Shown: positions 37,866 to 47,566, numbered from the stretch's first letter. The stretch: 64,000 nt of DNA from an uncultured Eubacteriales bacterium (GCA_964624145.1 CAZUXT010000009.1:12269-76268), one strand, 5' to 3'. Numbers and translations: made by a program. Notes: generated from the letters alone by a model not told the origin.

Positions 37866-37919
37866 TAGTACTTTTGTCTCAATTTGAAATTGAAGGTTCA
37901 AATTGAAAAAGATTATGAT
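37866..37919 (+). promoter_or_regulatory. Conserved motif copy C (TAGTACTTTTGTCTCAATT, 37866-37884) followed by a candidate promoter
   Basis: Motif ends 5 bp upstream of TTGAAG (37890) -18- TATGAT (37914). Confidence 0.72.
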
Positions 37920-37975
37920 AAAAATAAGTATATCTTTTATTTTATTCGGGAATATTCATAAAAAGTGAGGTTATT

Positions 37976-40738
37976 ATGAACATTTCAATAAAGATGCAAG
38001 TATGGATTTTGATGGCTTTGATGGGGTTCTTTTTTTTCCTCAATCCTTTCATTCACGGTGAAGTTAATGATTCTTATCATGACGGAACAGATGTTGTTTT
38101 TGCCTGCATGATCGATCCCGGTTCAAATGAAATGGAGACCATAATATGGGTGAAAAGCATTCGAAAATTCGGGGGAAAGTATGCTTCAAATCCGGTTTGG
38201 ATCTTTGTTCCCAACAGTATTGATCCTATCACTGCTTATACCCGGAGACATCTGGAAGAACTGGATGCCGTATTGTTTTGCTTTAAAGCTGATGAACGTA
38301 TTCTGCGGTTTCCTTTTGCGGCCAAAGTCCTGGCTTCAGCAGAAGCAGAGAAGAGAGCCAAAGGAAAATATGGACTTCTGGCATGGATGGACCCGGATAA
38401 TATCTTTGTGAATGAACCGGTCGAATTTGAAATTTCTCCGGAAAAGGCATTGGCTTACAGACCGGTCCACCACATCAACATAGGCAGCAGATACCATGAG
38501 CCGCTTGATGAGTTCTGGAGTTTGGTTTATAAAGACTGCCGTGTCCCTGATGAAAAAGTTTTTTTCATGAAGCCAACCGTTGAAGAAGAGCTCATAAGGC
38601 CGTATTTCAATGCAGGTCATTTGCTTTTGAGGCCTGAGAAAGGGATTTTAAGTACCTGGGCAGAAACGTTTCACAGGCTGTACAGGAAACCGGAGTATGT
38701 TGAGTTTTACAAAAAAGATATCCGCTATGCCATTTTCGTTCACCAGGCTGTTTTATCTGCCGTCATTCTGGCAGAATTAGAGAATAAAGAACTAAGGGAG
38801 TTCCCATCAAAATACAACTACACACTCAACCTTTATCACCAGATACCGGTCCATCGAAGGATTAAGAAGTTAAATGATTTAACCTCAGTCAGAATAGACT
38901 CGTATGACCTTCCTCAATATTGGAGATCTCTCATGGAGATCGATGAGCCTCTGAAAAGCTGGATGGATGAACAGTTCCGGTTCAAGGGTGTGGAAATACT
39001 GGCCTATTTTGGTCATAAAACCGGAGCTAATAATTTCTTGAACAGAGATATGTATGAACAATTCGGTTGGAATGTCACTATAGCAGGGCTTAGAGAGTCT
39101 GTGGAGGGTTGTGATTTCTATGCCAAATCCCTCAAAGTGAAACCGTTTATTCCTGAGGTCAGATTGGATGAAATAACAAATATCGGTCATTATGATGCGT
39201 TGGCTGTGATGCCGGTTTCGTCTTATTTTAATAAAGATCCTTACAGGGATTTACTGGATAATCCCCGGGCAATGGAAAAGGTAAAGGAAGCAGTCATGGG
39301 AAACATTCCTGTGTCCACCATTTGTTCCGGGGCGAGGGTTCTTGCTGCCGCAGGGGTTATCAATGGAAAAAAGATACTGGGACAGCCCCCATTCAAAGAG
39401 GAATATGCTCAAGCCGGGGCTGTTTATCTGGGTAAGGATTTTCCTCCTCAGATCGAAGGCAGCATTCTCACCGGGACGCGTGATCAGTATTATCATTATG
39501 TTATTTCCCTTGCTTTGTCTACCATGATCGAACAAAGAGGCCAGAGAGGAAAGCACAAATCCGAACCAGAAAAAGATATCATTTTTGCCCGAGATGCCCG
39601 TGTGGTGAAAAAAGGAGCTGCCTGGCAAAAAATAGTGGGTGGATTCGGAGCTGACGGGGGGAGAGATGTGGCTGAAACAGATGAGGGCGGATTGATTGTA
39701 ACTGGATATACGTTTTCCCAGGGATCAGGGGATGCTGATATTCTGGTTGTTAAAACTGATTCAAAAGGAGAAATGCAGTGGGCCCGGACTTTTGGGGGAG
39801 CCGGGACTGAATATGGAAATGATTGTGAAGTACTGAGGGATGGTTATTTGATAACAGGATACACCACATCATTCGGAGCCGGATCTAAGGATGTGTATGT
39901 CATCAAAATTGATAAAGATGGAGAAGTGATTTGGGGAAAAACTTATGGGGGTCAAAGCTGGGATGTCGGGATGGCCTCCTGTGAGACAGACAAGGGCTAT
40001 ATGATATGCGGATTCACTCATTCCTTTGGAAAAGGAGAGGAAGATATCTATCTTATGAATCTTGACCGAGAAGGAAATCAGGTCTGGTGGAAAACTTACG
40101 GGGGAGAACGGTTTGAATTTGGAAATTCTATTGATAAACTTGAAAGCGGGAATTATATTATCGGTGCTTCAACAGGAACGTTCGGAAAAGGCAACTGCGA
40201 TATGTATTTGATTGAGGTTGATAAAGAGGGGAATGAAATCTGGGCCAACTCCATAGGAGGACAATTAGAAAGCGCTCTGCCTGAAGCGGGCCGGACTTTT
40301 TTTGACTGGAGCTCAAAAATGAAACTCTGTTCAGATGAAGGGATTGTTTCAGTCGGTTACTCCAATGCCAGAGATATTATGAATGTTTTTGTGGTTAAAA
40401 CAGACAAAAAGGGAAATCTGTTGTGGGGGCAAAACCTGGGGAACAGCCCTTTTTACGACTACGGCTTTTCCATTGATGAAACAGTTCAAGGGGATTATGT
40501 GGTTTGCGGAGCCTCCAAATCTGTTGATGGGAACAATGAATTGTTTTTAGCGTTTCTGGACAGAGACGGAAGGGTTATTCTAAAATATGTCTACGGTGGT
40601 CCGGGTTCTGATTGGGGAAAGGCGGTCTGTGTCAAGAAGAACGGAGAGATTATCATAGCAGGCCATACGAATTCAGATAACTTCGGATCTTACGAATTAT
40701 TCCTTATGGAGCTGGAAGACTGGGAGTTAAATGAATAA
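37976..40738 (+). CDS. Exported fusion: GT-A/GT8-like domain, DJ-1/PfpI domain, beta-propeller repeats
   Basis: Signal peptide; MDPD and YFNAG motifs; DJ-1 YDALAVMP...STICSG; repeats W.ktyGG...d.g in the C-terminal about 370 aa. Confidence 0.75.
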   Translation: MNISIKMQVWILMALMGFFFFLNPFIHGEVNDSYHDGTDVVFACMIDPGSNEMETIIWVKSIRKFGGKYASNPVWIFVPNSIDPITAYTRRHLEELDAVLFCFKADERILRFPFAAKVLASAEAEKRAKGKYGLLAWMDPDNIFVNEPVEFEISPEKALAYRPVHHINIGSRYHEPLDEFWSLVYKDCRVPDEKVFFMKPTVEEELIRPYFNAGHLLLRPEKGILSTWAETFHRLYRKPEYVEFYKKDIRYAIFVHQAVLSAVILAELENKELREFPSKYNYTLNLYHQIPVHRRIKKLNDLTSVRIDSYDLPQYWRSLMEIDEPLKSWMDEQFRFKGVEILAYFGHKTGANNFLNRDMYEQFGWNVTIAGLRESVEGCDFYAKSLKVKPFIPEVRLDEITNIGHYDALAVMPVSSYFNKDPYRDLLDNPRAMEKVKEAVMGNIPVSTICSGARVLAAAGVINGKKILGQPPFKEEYAQAGAVYLGKDFPPQIEGSILTGTRDQYYHYVISLALSTMIEQRGQRGKHKSEPEKDIIFARDARVVKKGAAWQKIVGGFGADGGRDVAETDEGGLIVTGYTFSQGSGDADILVVKTDSKGEMQWARTFGGAGTEYGNDCEVLRDGYLITGYTTSFGAGSKDVYVIKIDKDGEVIWGKTYGGQSWDVGMASCETDKGYMICGFTHSFGKGEEDIYLMNLDREGNQVWWKTYGGERFEFGNSIDKLESGNYIIGASTGTFGKGNCDMYLIEVDKEGNEIWANSIGGQLESALPEAGRTFFDWSSKMKLCSDEGIVSVGYSNARDIMNVFVVKTDKKGNLLWGQNLGNSPFYDYGFSIDETVQGDYVVCGASKSVDGNNELFLAFLDRDGRVILKYVYGGPGSDWGKAVCVKKNGEIIIAGHTNSDNFGSYELFLMELEDWELNE

Positions 40739-42089
40739 AATCATTGATGCTTTTTCAAAAGCAGCTAAAAAATATTTAAAGAATATTGATCAAAGAAAGG
40801 TCTTTCCTTCGAAACTGGATAGGGAACAAATGAAGTCTTTGGATGTGCCTCTTCAAAAGCATTCCCTGAATCCGTTAGATGTTTTGTATGAATTGGATCT
40901 ATACGGATCCCCGGCTACAGTGGCCAGCACCGGCAGGAGGTATTTTGGTTTTGTCATAGGAGGGGCGCTGCCGGCGGCCTTAGCAGTGAATCTGCTAGCA
41001 GGAGTTTGGGACCAGAATGCAGGTATTGAAGCGGCCTCTCCTATTTCTTCGTATATAGAGAGCATTTGCCGCAAGTGGCTCATTGATGTCTTGAATTTAC
41101 CCTCAGAAACAGAGGTGGGTTTTGTTTCAGGGGCCACTATGGCTAATTTTACGTGCCTGGCTTCTGCCCGACACGCTTTATTGAAAAATAAAGGATGGGA
41201 TGTGGAAAAGGATGGCCTTTACAATGCCCCCCGCATAAAAGTCATTGTGGGGGAAGAAGCACATGTGAGTATTCTCAAGGCCTTGAGCCTGCTTGGTTTG
41301 GGAAGGGATCAGGTCATCCGGGTTCCTGTGGATAATCAGGGAAGGATGATAGCCGAAAAGATCCCGATCGACTCAGATCCTACCATTATCTGCACTCAGG
41401 CAGGGAATGTGAATTCCGGGTCCTTTGATCCCATTGAAAAGATATGCGATAAAGCGCATTCCTTAAATGCATGGGTGCATGTAGATGGTGCTTTTGGTCT
41501 GTGGGCTGCGGCATCCTCAAGATTTATATCTCTAACACAAGGACTCCACAAGGCAGACTCCTGGGGCACGGATGCTCATAAATGGCTTAATGTTCCGTAT
41601 GACAGCGGCATTGCTTTTGTGCGGAACAAAAGTCATCTTGTCTCTTCCATGTCCACTGATGCGGCTTATTTGGTATCCGGGAAGAAACGCGAACCCTATC
41701 ACTATGTTCCTGAAATATCACGGAGAGCACGGGGTCTGGAAATATGGGCTGCTCTGCGTTCTCTCGGGAAAAACGGCCTGGCAGAGCTGCTCGAATCCAA
41801 TTGTGATGGCGCGCTTTTATTTGCGGAGAGATTAAGTGAAGCCGGGCTTGAAATAATCAATGATGTGGTATTGAATCAAGTTTTGGTTTCTTTTGGTGAT
41901 TCTGAAACCACGAAAAGGATTATACAGAGGATTCAGGAGGATGGTACATGCTGGTGTGGCGGGACTGAATGGCAGGGCCGGACAGCTATGAGAATCAGTG
42001 TCTCATCCTGGAGGACGACACTCAAGGATATTGAACAAAGCGCTGAACTGATAATAAGGATCGCTGAAGAGGAAATCAAAAGGGGATAA
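40731..42089 (+). CDS. PLP-dependent group II amino-acid decarboxylase
   Basis: HVDGAFG, DAHKWLNVPY (PLP lysine), RYFGFVIGG. Confidence 0.92.
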   Translation: MNKIIDAFSKAAKKYLKNIDQRKVFPSKLDREQMKSLDVPLQKHSLNPLDVLYELDLYGSPATVASTGRRYFGFVIGGALPAALAVNLLAGVWDQNAGIEAASPISSYIESICRKWLIDVLNLPSETEVGFVSGATMANFTCLASARHALLKNKGWDVEKDGLYNAPRIKVIVGEEAHVSILKALSLLGLGRDQVIRVPVDNQGRMIAEKIPIDSDPTIICTQAGNVNSGSFDPIEKICDKAHSLNAWVHVDGAFGLWAAASSRFISLTQGLHKADSWGTDAHKWLNVPYDSGIAFVRNKSHLVSSMSTDAAYLVSGKKREPYHYVPEISRRARGLEIWAALRSLGKNGLAELLESNCDGALLFAERLSEAGLEIINDVVLNQVLVSFGDSETTKRIIQRIQEDGTCWCGGTEWQGRTAMRISVSSWRTTLKDIEQSAELIIRIAEEEIKRG

Positions 42090-42128
42090 AAAAGCTTTGG
42101 GGAATCTCAGTTATCATTGGATTTTGTT

Positions 42129-42158
42129 TTGACTTTATGTTTTTTTTCTATGTATCAT
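42129..42158 (+). promoter_or_regulatory. Candidate sigma70 promoter for the C1 peptidase
   Basis: TTGACT (42129) -18- TATCAT (42153). Confidence 0.5.
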
Positions 42159-42267
42159 TGATTTATCTGGAATTTCCATGAAAAACGGATATGCTCAGAT
42201 TTTTGTTTTTATTTTGATCGGTGAACAGTCCAGTTTGGATTGAAAAAATCATCCTGTGGGAGGTATT

Positions 42268-43413
42268 ATGAAGATCAAAAATCACACAAAATACATGATC
42301 ATTGGATTTTTGGCTTTTGGATTTTTTCTTTCATCAGCTTTTATACAGGCTGAAGAGGGGAACAAGGCCTATCAGTTCACTGTCACTCAGGAGATCAAGC
42401 ACACTCCGGTAAAAAACCAGGCACGGACCGGGACCTGCTGGTGCTTCTCAACCGTCTCCTTTATTGAATCCGAAGCCATGCGCCTGGGGGGTGAAGCCAT
42501 GGACTTATCTGAAATGTATGTTGTTCATTACAATTACCAGAAAAAGGCAGAAAACTACATCCGGATGCACGGCACAGCTAACTTCGGACAGGGAGGATTG
42601 AGCCATGATGTCATGAATCGGTTCCGGGAAAACGGAATCGTACCCGAGTCAGTGTATGGCGGAATGAGGCTGGGTGTGGACTATCATGACCATGGGGAGA
42701 TGTCCCGGGTTTTGAAGGCGATCGTTGACGGAGTGCTTTCATCGAGGCGCCCCACTATACAGTGGAAAGCGGCTTTTGAGGGGGCACTGAACGCCTATCT
42801 GGGTGTGCCGCCGGAAAGTTTTAAATACGAAGGCAAAACCTACACTCCGCGTTCTTTTGCTGAAGAAAAAGTCAAAATCAATCCGGATGACTATGTGGAG
42901 CTCACTTCCTATACATATGCGCCCTTTTACAGCCCATGCATTTTGAAAATACCTGACAACTGGTGCTACGGCGGTGATTTTTACAATGTCCCCATCGATG
43001 ACTTGGAGCGGGCTGTGGACTATGCGCTTGAAAACGGATATTCCTTCGTCTGGGACGGAGATGTCAGTGAGCAGTATTTTTCGAGCCGGGACAATGGATA
43101 TGCTATTCTTCCCAAGGAGGAACCTGAAGGCGAGATCACAGAACCGGTGGAAGAAATGAAGGTGAATCAAAAAAACCGCCAGGAGACCTTTGACAGCTTT
43201 CATACTACTGACGACCACTTGATGCACGTCGTAGGTCTTGCAAAGGATCAAAACGGAAACACGTACTATTATATTAAGAATTCCGGCGGAGCTAATGGTG
43301 TTTATAAGGGATACCTTTATATGTCCAAACCCTACTTTCGTATGAAGACCACTGCTGTCATGGTTCATAAGGATGCGCTGCCACCTGATTTGGAAGAAAA
43401 ATTAGGGCTTTAA
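42268..43413 (+). CDS. C1 family cysteine aminopeptidase (bleomycin hydrolase/PepC-like)
   Basis: QARTGTCWCFS (Gln, Cys), DDHLMH (His), KNS (Asn); signal peptide; GGAGG RBS before ATG 42268. Confidence 0.93.
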   Translation: MKIKNHTKYMIIGFLAFGFFLSSAFIQAEEGNKAYQFTVTQEIKHTPVKNQARTGTCWCFSTVSFIESEAMRLGGEAMDLSEMYVVHYNYQKKAENYIRMHGTANFGQGGLSHDVMNRFRENGIVPESVYGGMRLGVDYHDHGEMSRVLKAIVDGVLSSRRPTIQWKAAFEGALNAYLGVPPESFKYEGKTYTPRSFAEEKVKINPDDYVELTSYTYAPFYSPCILKIPDNWCYGGDFYNVPIDDLERAVDYALENGYSFVWDGDVSEQYFSSRDNGYAILPKEEPEGEITEPVEEMKVNQKNRQETFDSFHTTDDHLMHVVGLAKDQNGNTYYYIKNSGGANGVYKGYLYMSKPYFRMKTTAVMVHKDALPPDLEEKLGL

Positions 43414-43426
43414 AGGGAACTGAACA

Positions 43427-44980
43427 CTATTTAGTCACTTCGATCCCTACAGCAGCACCGGCATTACGCCACTCTGATTTCATAAATCCTTCTGAAGCAA
43501 GGTCTACCTGTACATGTAAAAAATGCTCTCCTCCGTCTTTTTCTACACTCCATGCATGAAGTCTGTATTTTATTCGGTTAGGACCGTTGGCAGCTCCTAA
43601 TACTCTGACAGAGGAAGGATTCTCAAATTCTGATGGCAGCTTGACAGAGAACAGGACTCTGTCATTGAACATGTTCTTCCTAAAAGCCAGATAGTCGTGG
43701 AATGTATCTGTGAAAATCGCCTTGTATTCCGGATTGTTCATGATAGCCCCGATAATGAGCTTTTCGGGTTCGCGGTCAATTGTGATTTCCAAGGGCTTTT
43801 CAACCGGGAGGGGCTTTAGTAATCTCAGGGATGGGTCCCCGAAGAGCACTCTGCTGGCTGTTCCTTTGAGCATGATTTCAGTTGGTGTCCATTGGGGGGA
43901 AATCATTCCGTTGGACAGATTCTCGAAATCGGGCAGCCGGCCTTTATTACCGAGTACGACTCCGTCATAAGTGTACTTGATGACCTCACCCAGAGAGGCT
44001 CCTTTCAAGGACATGTGCTCCATCTCCTGATAAACAGGCATGCCGTGGTCCGGGTGCAGGGAGGCCAGATATCCGATCACATTATTTTGAAGGAGATTCG
44101 AGCAGAACGACCTGTCCTTTTCGACTTTTTTCTCTATGATTGTGCCGTCCGGTCCGAACATTTCAAAATATTTTCCGACAACACCAGTGTAGCAGGCTCC
44201 GCTGAAGCACACACACGGAGAAAATCCAGTGTCCGGTACCTGTTCGGCAGTCATGCCATTGTCGATTTGCCCTGGATGCCCGTGCCCTCCGAAATGAAGG
44301 ATACCGGCTCCGCTCATTGAATCCAGATGTTTTTGACTTATCCCCCCGGTCCCATGGGAAAGGGTCTCCAGTTCCATGGCTTTTCCCAGAACAGGGACGA
44401 AATTGGAATGGGAAAATTTATGGAAAGAGTTTTCTCCTGCCTGCATATTGGGACCGAGATTGTCGATCATCTTTGCAGGGATCCGAAGCTCTCCGGAAAC
44501 AGCTTTGGATATTCTCTTAACAAAATCAGCCGCTGCTTTGGGGGAGGCGCCTGTTATAAAGCCTGTTCTTGTATCCATAAAAGGGTCTTCATCCAGGCGG
44601 GAACACATGGTCAACCATTTCCACCCGAAATTTACGTCAAGCTCCTGCGGGAGAATGAATACCTGAACATAATAAGGAGTGATTTCTTTGAGCGCAGACT
44701 CTAGCGAAGATAAATCATAGGGATTAAAAATTTCTGATCGTGCTTCCGGGTGCAGTTTGCGGCTTTCTCTCAGGGCCTCTCCATATTCCATGGAGGCTTT
44801 TTCCGTAGAAAGGATCAAGAAAGAGGGGCTGCTGTCCAGTTCAGCGTAAAGGACCTTCTCTTTATCTTCCCCAGCACAACCTGTCATGCTTATGATGAAA
44901 AAGAAAATGCCTAAAGCTGTAAAAGTCTTAGTTAAAATTTGTTTGCTTGTATGGATGTACGCATGAATTTTTTTTGCCAT
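43427..44980 (-). CDS. Lipoprotein with a probable clan CD (C25 gingipain-like) His-Cys domain
   Basis: Lipobox MTGC; LHFGGHG and FSGACYTG in the spacing seen in C25 peptidases. Confidence 0.65.
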   Translation of the reverse strand: MAKKIHAYIHTSKQILTKTFTALGIFFFIISMTGCAGEDKEKVLYAELDSSPSFLILSTEKASMEYGEALRESRKLHPEARSEIFNPYDLSSLESALKEITPYYVQVFILPQELDVNFGWKWLTMCSRLDEDPFMDTRTGFITGASPKAAADFVKRISKAVSGELRIPAKMIDNLGPNMQAGENSFHKFSHSNFVPVLGKAMELETLSHGTGGISQKHLDSMSGAGILHFGGHGHPGQIDNGMTAEQVPDTGFSPCVCFSGACYTGVVGKYFEMFGPDGTIIEKKVEKDRSFCSNLLQNNVIGYLASLHPDHGMPVYQEMEHMSLKGASLGEVIKYTYDGVVLGNKGRLPDFENLSNGMISPQWTPTEIMLKGTASRVLFGDPSLRLLKPLPVEKPLEITIDREPEKLIIGAIMNNPEYKAIFTDTFHDYLAFRKNMFNDRVLFSVKLPSEFENPSSVRVLGAANGPNRIKYRLHAWSVEKDGGEHFLHVQVDLASEGFMKSEWRNAGAAVGIEVTK

Positions 44981-45169
44981 TATGCCCTTTCCTTTATTGT
45001 GATTTTTGTTTTGATTTTCTCTATCCCTGAGCCTTTCTTAATCATAAACAGGACAAATGCAGTGCGTCAAGTCCCATTTAAAATGAGTTTGGATCGAGGT
45101 CAGGGTAATGGAGATGATTATTTTGGTTGAAAAAAAGAGCGAATTGTCTTAAATTAAAAAAAAGGGGTT

Positions 45170-46900
45170 GTGGGACACATGAAAAGGACTTCTTTCTTCA
45201 GAAAAAGCAGAGAGGATTTTTCACGTTCTGTTTTGGCCTCCTTGGTTTTTCACATCCTTATCATTATCCTGGTCTGTGTGGTCACCCATCGGGTATCCAT
45301 AACAACAAGAGAGATCAATCCCCATGATACCAAAGCCTTTATCAAAGCTTTGGCAGAGATCCAGGAAGAAATGTTTCCAAACCAGAACATCAAGGAAACG
45401 GATCCGCAGGCGGCTTTCTCCAATGAGGAATTTTTTAGAATACTGGAAGGAGTTCGGATCCCGGATTTAAATCTCAGCGAAAAGCAAAAAATAGAATTCT
45501 ATAAAAACATGCTCAAAAGATATATGGTTTCAGAAAATGCCGGTGAAGAATATGAGGCTCCGGAATTAAACAAAAAAGACATATCAACATTGTTTAAACA
45601 AACAGAGAGCATTCAACTGGATTCCGGTGGAAAGATCTACAGCTCAAGAAATTATTCAGATGGCAGCAAAAATTTCTTTTATCTTCCTCAACAGGATATT
45701 AACACCCTTAAGCGTTTAAGAAGGTTTGAGGATATGGAGAGAACACAAATGCACGTACGGGGAAAAAGGGTCAAATTGGATACGGAAGAAGGAGTCAAAT
45801 TCATTCCTGAAACGTATTATTTCAGGGAAAGCCCTTATGAAGACATTCTAGCCCAGGGAGCAGAGCTGTTTTTTATAACCCGGGGATTCCCGAGCTTAGG
45901 AGAAAGCTCCCTCTTTGAAGGAAGAGATAGAAACAGAGCCGTGGATTCATTTTTAAAGGGATTATCTCCGAATTTTCAGGTGGTTTATCTTTATGAGGAT
46001 TTGTCCACTCCATCCCCGCTTTTATCCGAGTCCCGGAAGAAGAAACAGGCTTTGAACATATCTTCAGGCAGCATAAACAGGATTTTGGATGATTTGATGG
46101 AACTAAAGGAGGACCAGCAGTTTTTTCATTTCAAACAGAATTATCTGGATCAGTATCATCCTGACAAAGGGAATCTGGCTCAACTCCTGCGGGAATTCAT
46201 ATACAACAATCAAAGCAATATCATCATAATGGTCGATGATATAACCGGTGCGTTTGCTTTTGTTGAAGAACTCTATTTCAACAAACCCATGGATACCTAT
46301 CTTGCCCGTTACTGGAAACAATTTCCTCAGACACAGACAGGTGTGGAATGTTTGTTCTGCCTGGCTTCCTTTTATGACTTTGAGAGGAGGGGATTGACGT
46401 ATCTTTTCCGTTCTTATGACAAAGCCAAAGAGCTGGTTTCACAAAAATACTACAGAGTAGATGCTTTTAACAAAAAAGCAAAAGCTTATGTGGTTAAAGA
46501 GATGTATGAGACATTGATTTCTGCTTTGATGAAAAAAGGTTATGAGACAGAGATGAGTATTGTTAGAGAGTACTTTGAGGAAGAAGAGAACTTGTACAGG
46601 ATGATTTGTGAGACCGGAGGCCGGAATAGAGACAGGGCCCTTTATTCCTGGGGAAGACTTTATTGGGATCAAAAGGAATACGATCTGGCACTCGAAAAGT
46701 GGGATCAAATCAAAGATTTCTCATCTTTTGAAATTTCTGATGAAATAAGGGATGTTCTGGAAAGCTCTATGGAAAAAGACACTCTTGTTTATTGGCTTGA
46801 TAAAATATTCATAAGAGAATCAAATGAAAGCAATGAGAAGCTTTTGAAAAGGCTCCTCAAATACCACAGATGGGCAAAAAGAGCGGAAAAGGAACAGTGA
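45170..46900 (+). CDS. Hypothetical membrane-anchored protein with TonB/TolA-like N-terminal helix and C-terminal TPR-like region
   Basis: 576-aa ORF; TM SVLASLVFHILIIILV contains SxxxH; ALYSWGRLYWDQKEYDLALEKW; start GTG 45170 or ATG 45179. Confidence 0.7.
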   Translation: MGHMKRTSFFRKSREDFSRSVLASLVFHILIIILVCVVTHRVSITTREINPHDTKAFIKALAEIQEEMFPNQNIKETDPQAAFSNEEFFRILEGVRIPDLNLSEKQKIEFYKNMLKRYMVSENAGEEYEAPELNKKDISTLFKQTESIQLDSGGKIYSSRNYSDGSKNFFYLPQQDINTLKRLRRFEDMERTQMHVRGKRVKLDTEEGVKFIPETYYFRESPYEDILAQGAELFFITRGFPSLGESSLFEGRDRNRAVDSFLKGLSPNFQVVYLYEDLSTPSPLLSESRKKKQALNISSGSINRILDDLMELKEDQQFFHFKQNYLDQYHPDKGNLAQLLREFIYNNQSNIIIMVDDITGAFAFVEELYFNKPMDTYLARYWKQFPQTQTGVECLFCLASFYDFERRGLTYLFRSYDKAKELVSQKYYRVDAFNKKAKAYVVKEMYETLISALMKKGYETEMSIVREYFEEEENLYRMICETGGRNRDRALYSWGRLYWDQKEYDLALEKWDQIKDFSSFEISDEIRDVLESSMEKDTLVYWLDKIFIRESNESNEKLLKRLLKYHRWAKRAEKEQ

Positions 46901-46918
46901 ACGCTTTCTTGTTAAGAG

Positions 46919-47566
46919 TTAGCTTTTGCGGATTCTTATCTCAACGCGCCGGTTCTTCTGCCGTCCTTCCGGATTGTCAGAGCCGTCAGGATTGGTATTG
47001 GGAGCTACGGGTTCGCTTTCTCCCTTGCCCGAGGTCTCTATTCTCTTCGAGTCAATGCCTGCTTGATCTATCAGCCATTGCTTGACCGATTCGGCCCTCT
47101 TTTTTGATAATTCCAGGTTGTAAGATTCAGACCCTTTGGAATCTGTATGACCTATGATGCTGACCGGATGCTGATAAGCACTGATGACTTCTCCTACTTT
47201 GGATAGCGTCTCTTCAGCGTCCTTGCGGATGGTCCATTTGTCAAAGTCAAAGAGAATATCACCGGGAAGTTCGATCCTGTAATCGGTTTCGGTTTCCTCG
47301 GCTCCGAGTTCTTTGAGAGTGGCCTGGATTTTCTCAATCCGGGCTGTCAGGCTCCTGGTGATGCCTTCGATTGTCAGGACTTTATATGTGAGCTCAAGGG
47401 CTCCTCTCTCAGGTCCCAGGGCTTTCAAGGCTTCAATGGCTTTCTGATGAGCCTCCGGAGGTATGGTGATTTCCTCTTCTTCCAGAGCGAAGGAAGGGGA
47501 TGCTTTCCCGCTCCAGAACAACAGGAGGCTTAATGCAAGCAGACATAAAGTTGTTTTGGCTCTCAT
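46919..47566 (-). CDS. OmpA family (OmpA_C-like peptidoglycan-binding) protein
   Basis: Signal peptide; LFDFDK, GHTDSKG...NLELSKKRA, RQKNRRVEI. Confidence 0.93.
   Translation of the reverse strand: MRAKTTLCLLALSLLLFWSGKASPSFALEEEEITIPPEAHQKAIEALKALGPERGALELTYKVLTIEGITRSLTARIEKIQATLKELGAEETETDYRIELPGDILFDFDKWTIRKDAEETLSKVGEVISAYQHPVSIIGHTDSKGSESYNLELSKKRAESVKQWLIDQAGIDSKRIETSGKGESEPVAPNTNPDGSDNPEGRQKNRRVEIRIRKS

Noticed and set aside
13099-37884. CRISPR or transposon-end interpretation of the 19-bp motif
   Set aside because: Copies are kilobases apart, not arrayed, not paired as inverted ends around a transposase, and no cas genes are present
45050-45064. Fourth copy of the regulon motif (minus strand CACTGCATTTGTCCT) upstream of the clan CD-like gene
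   Set aside because: Only the TTTGTC core and a few flanking bases match; too weak without a PWM scan
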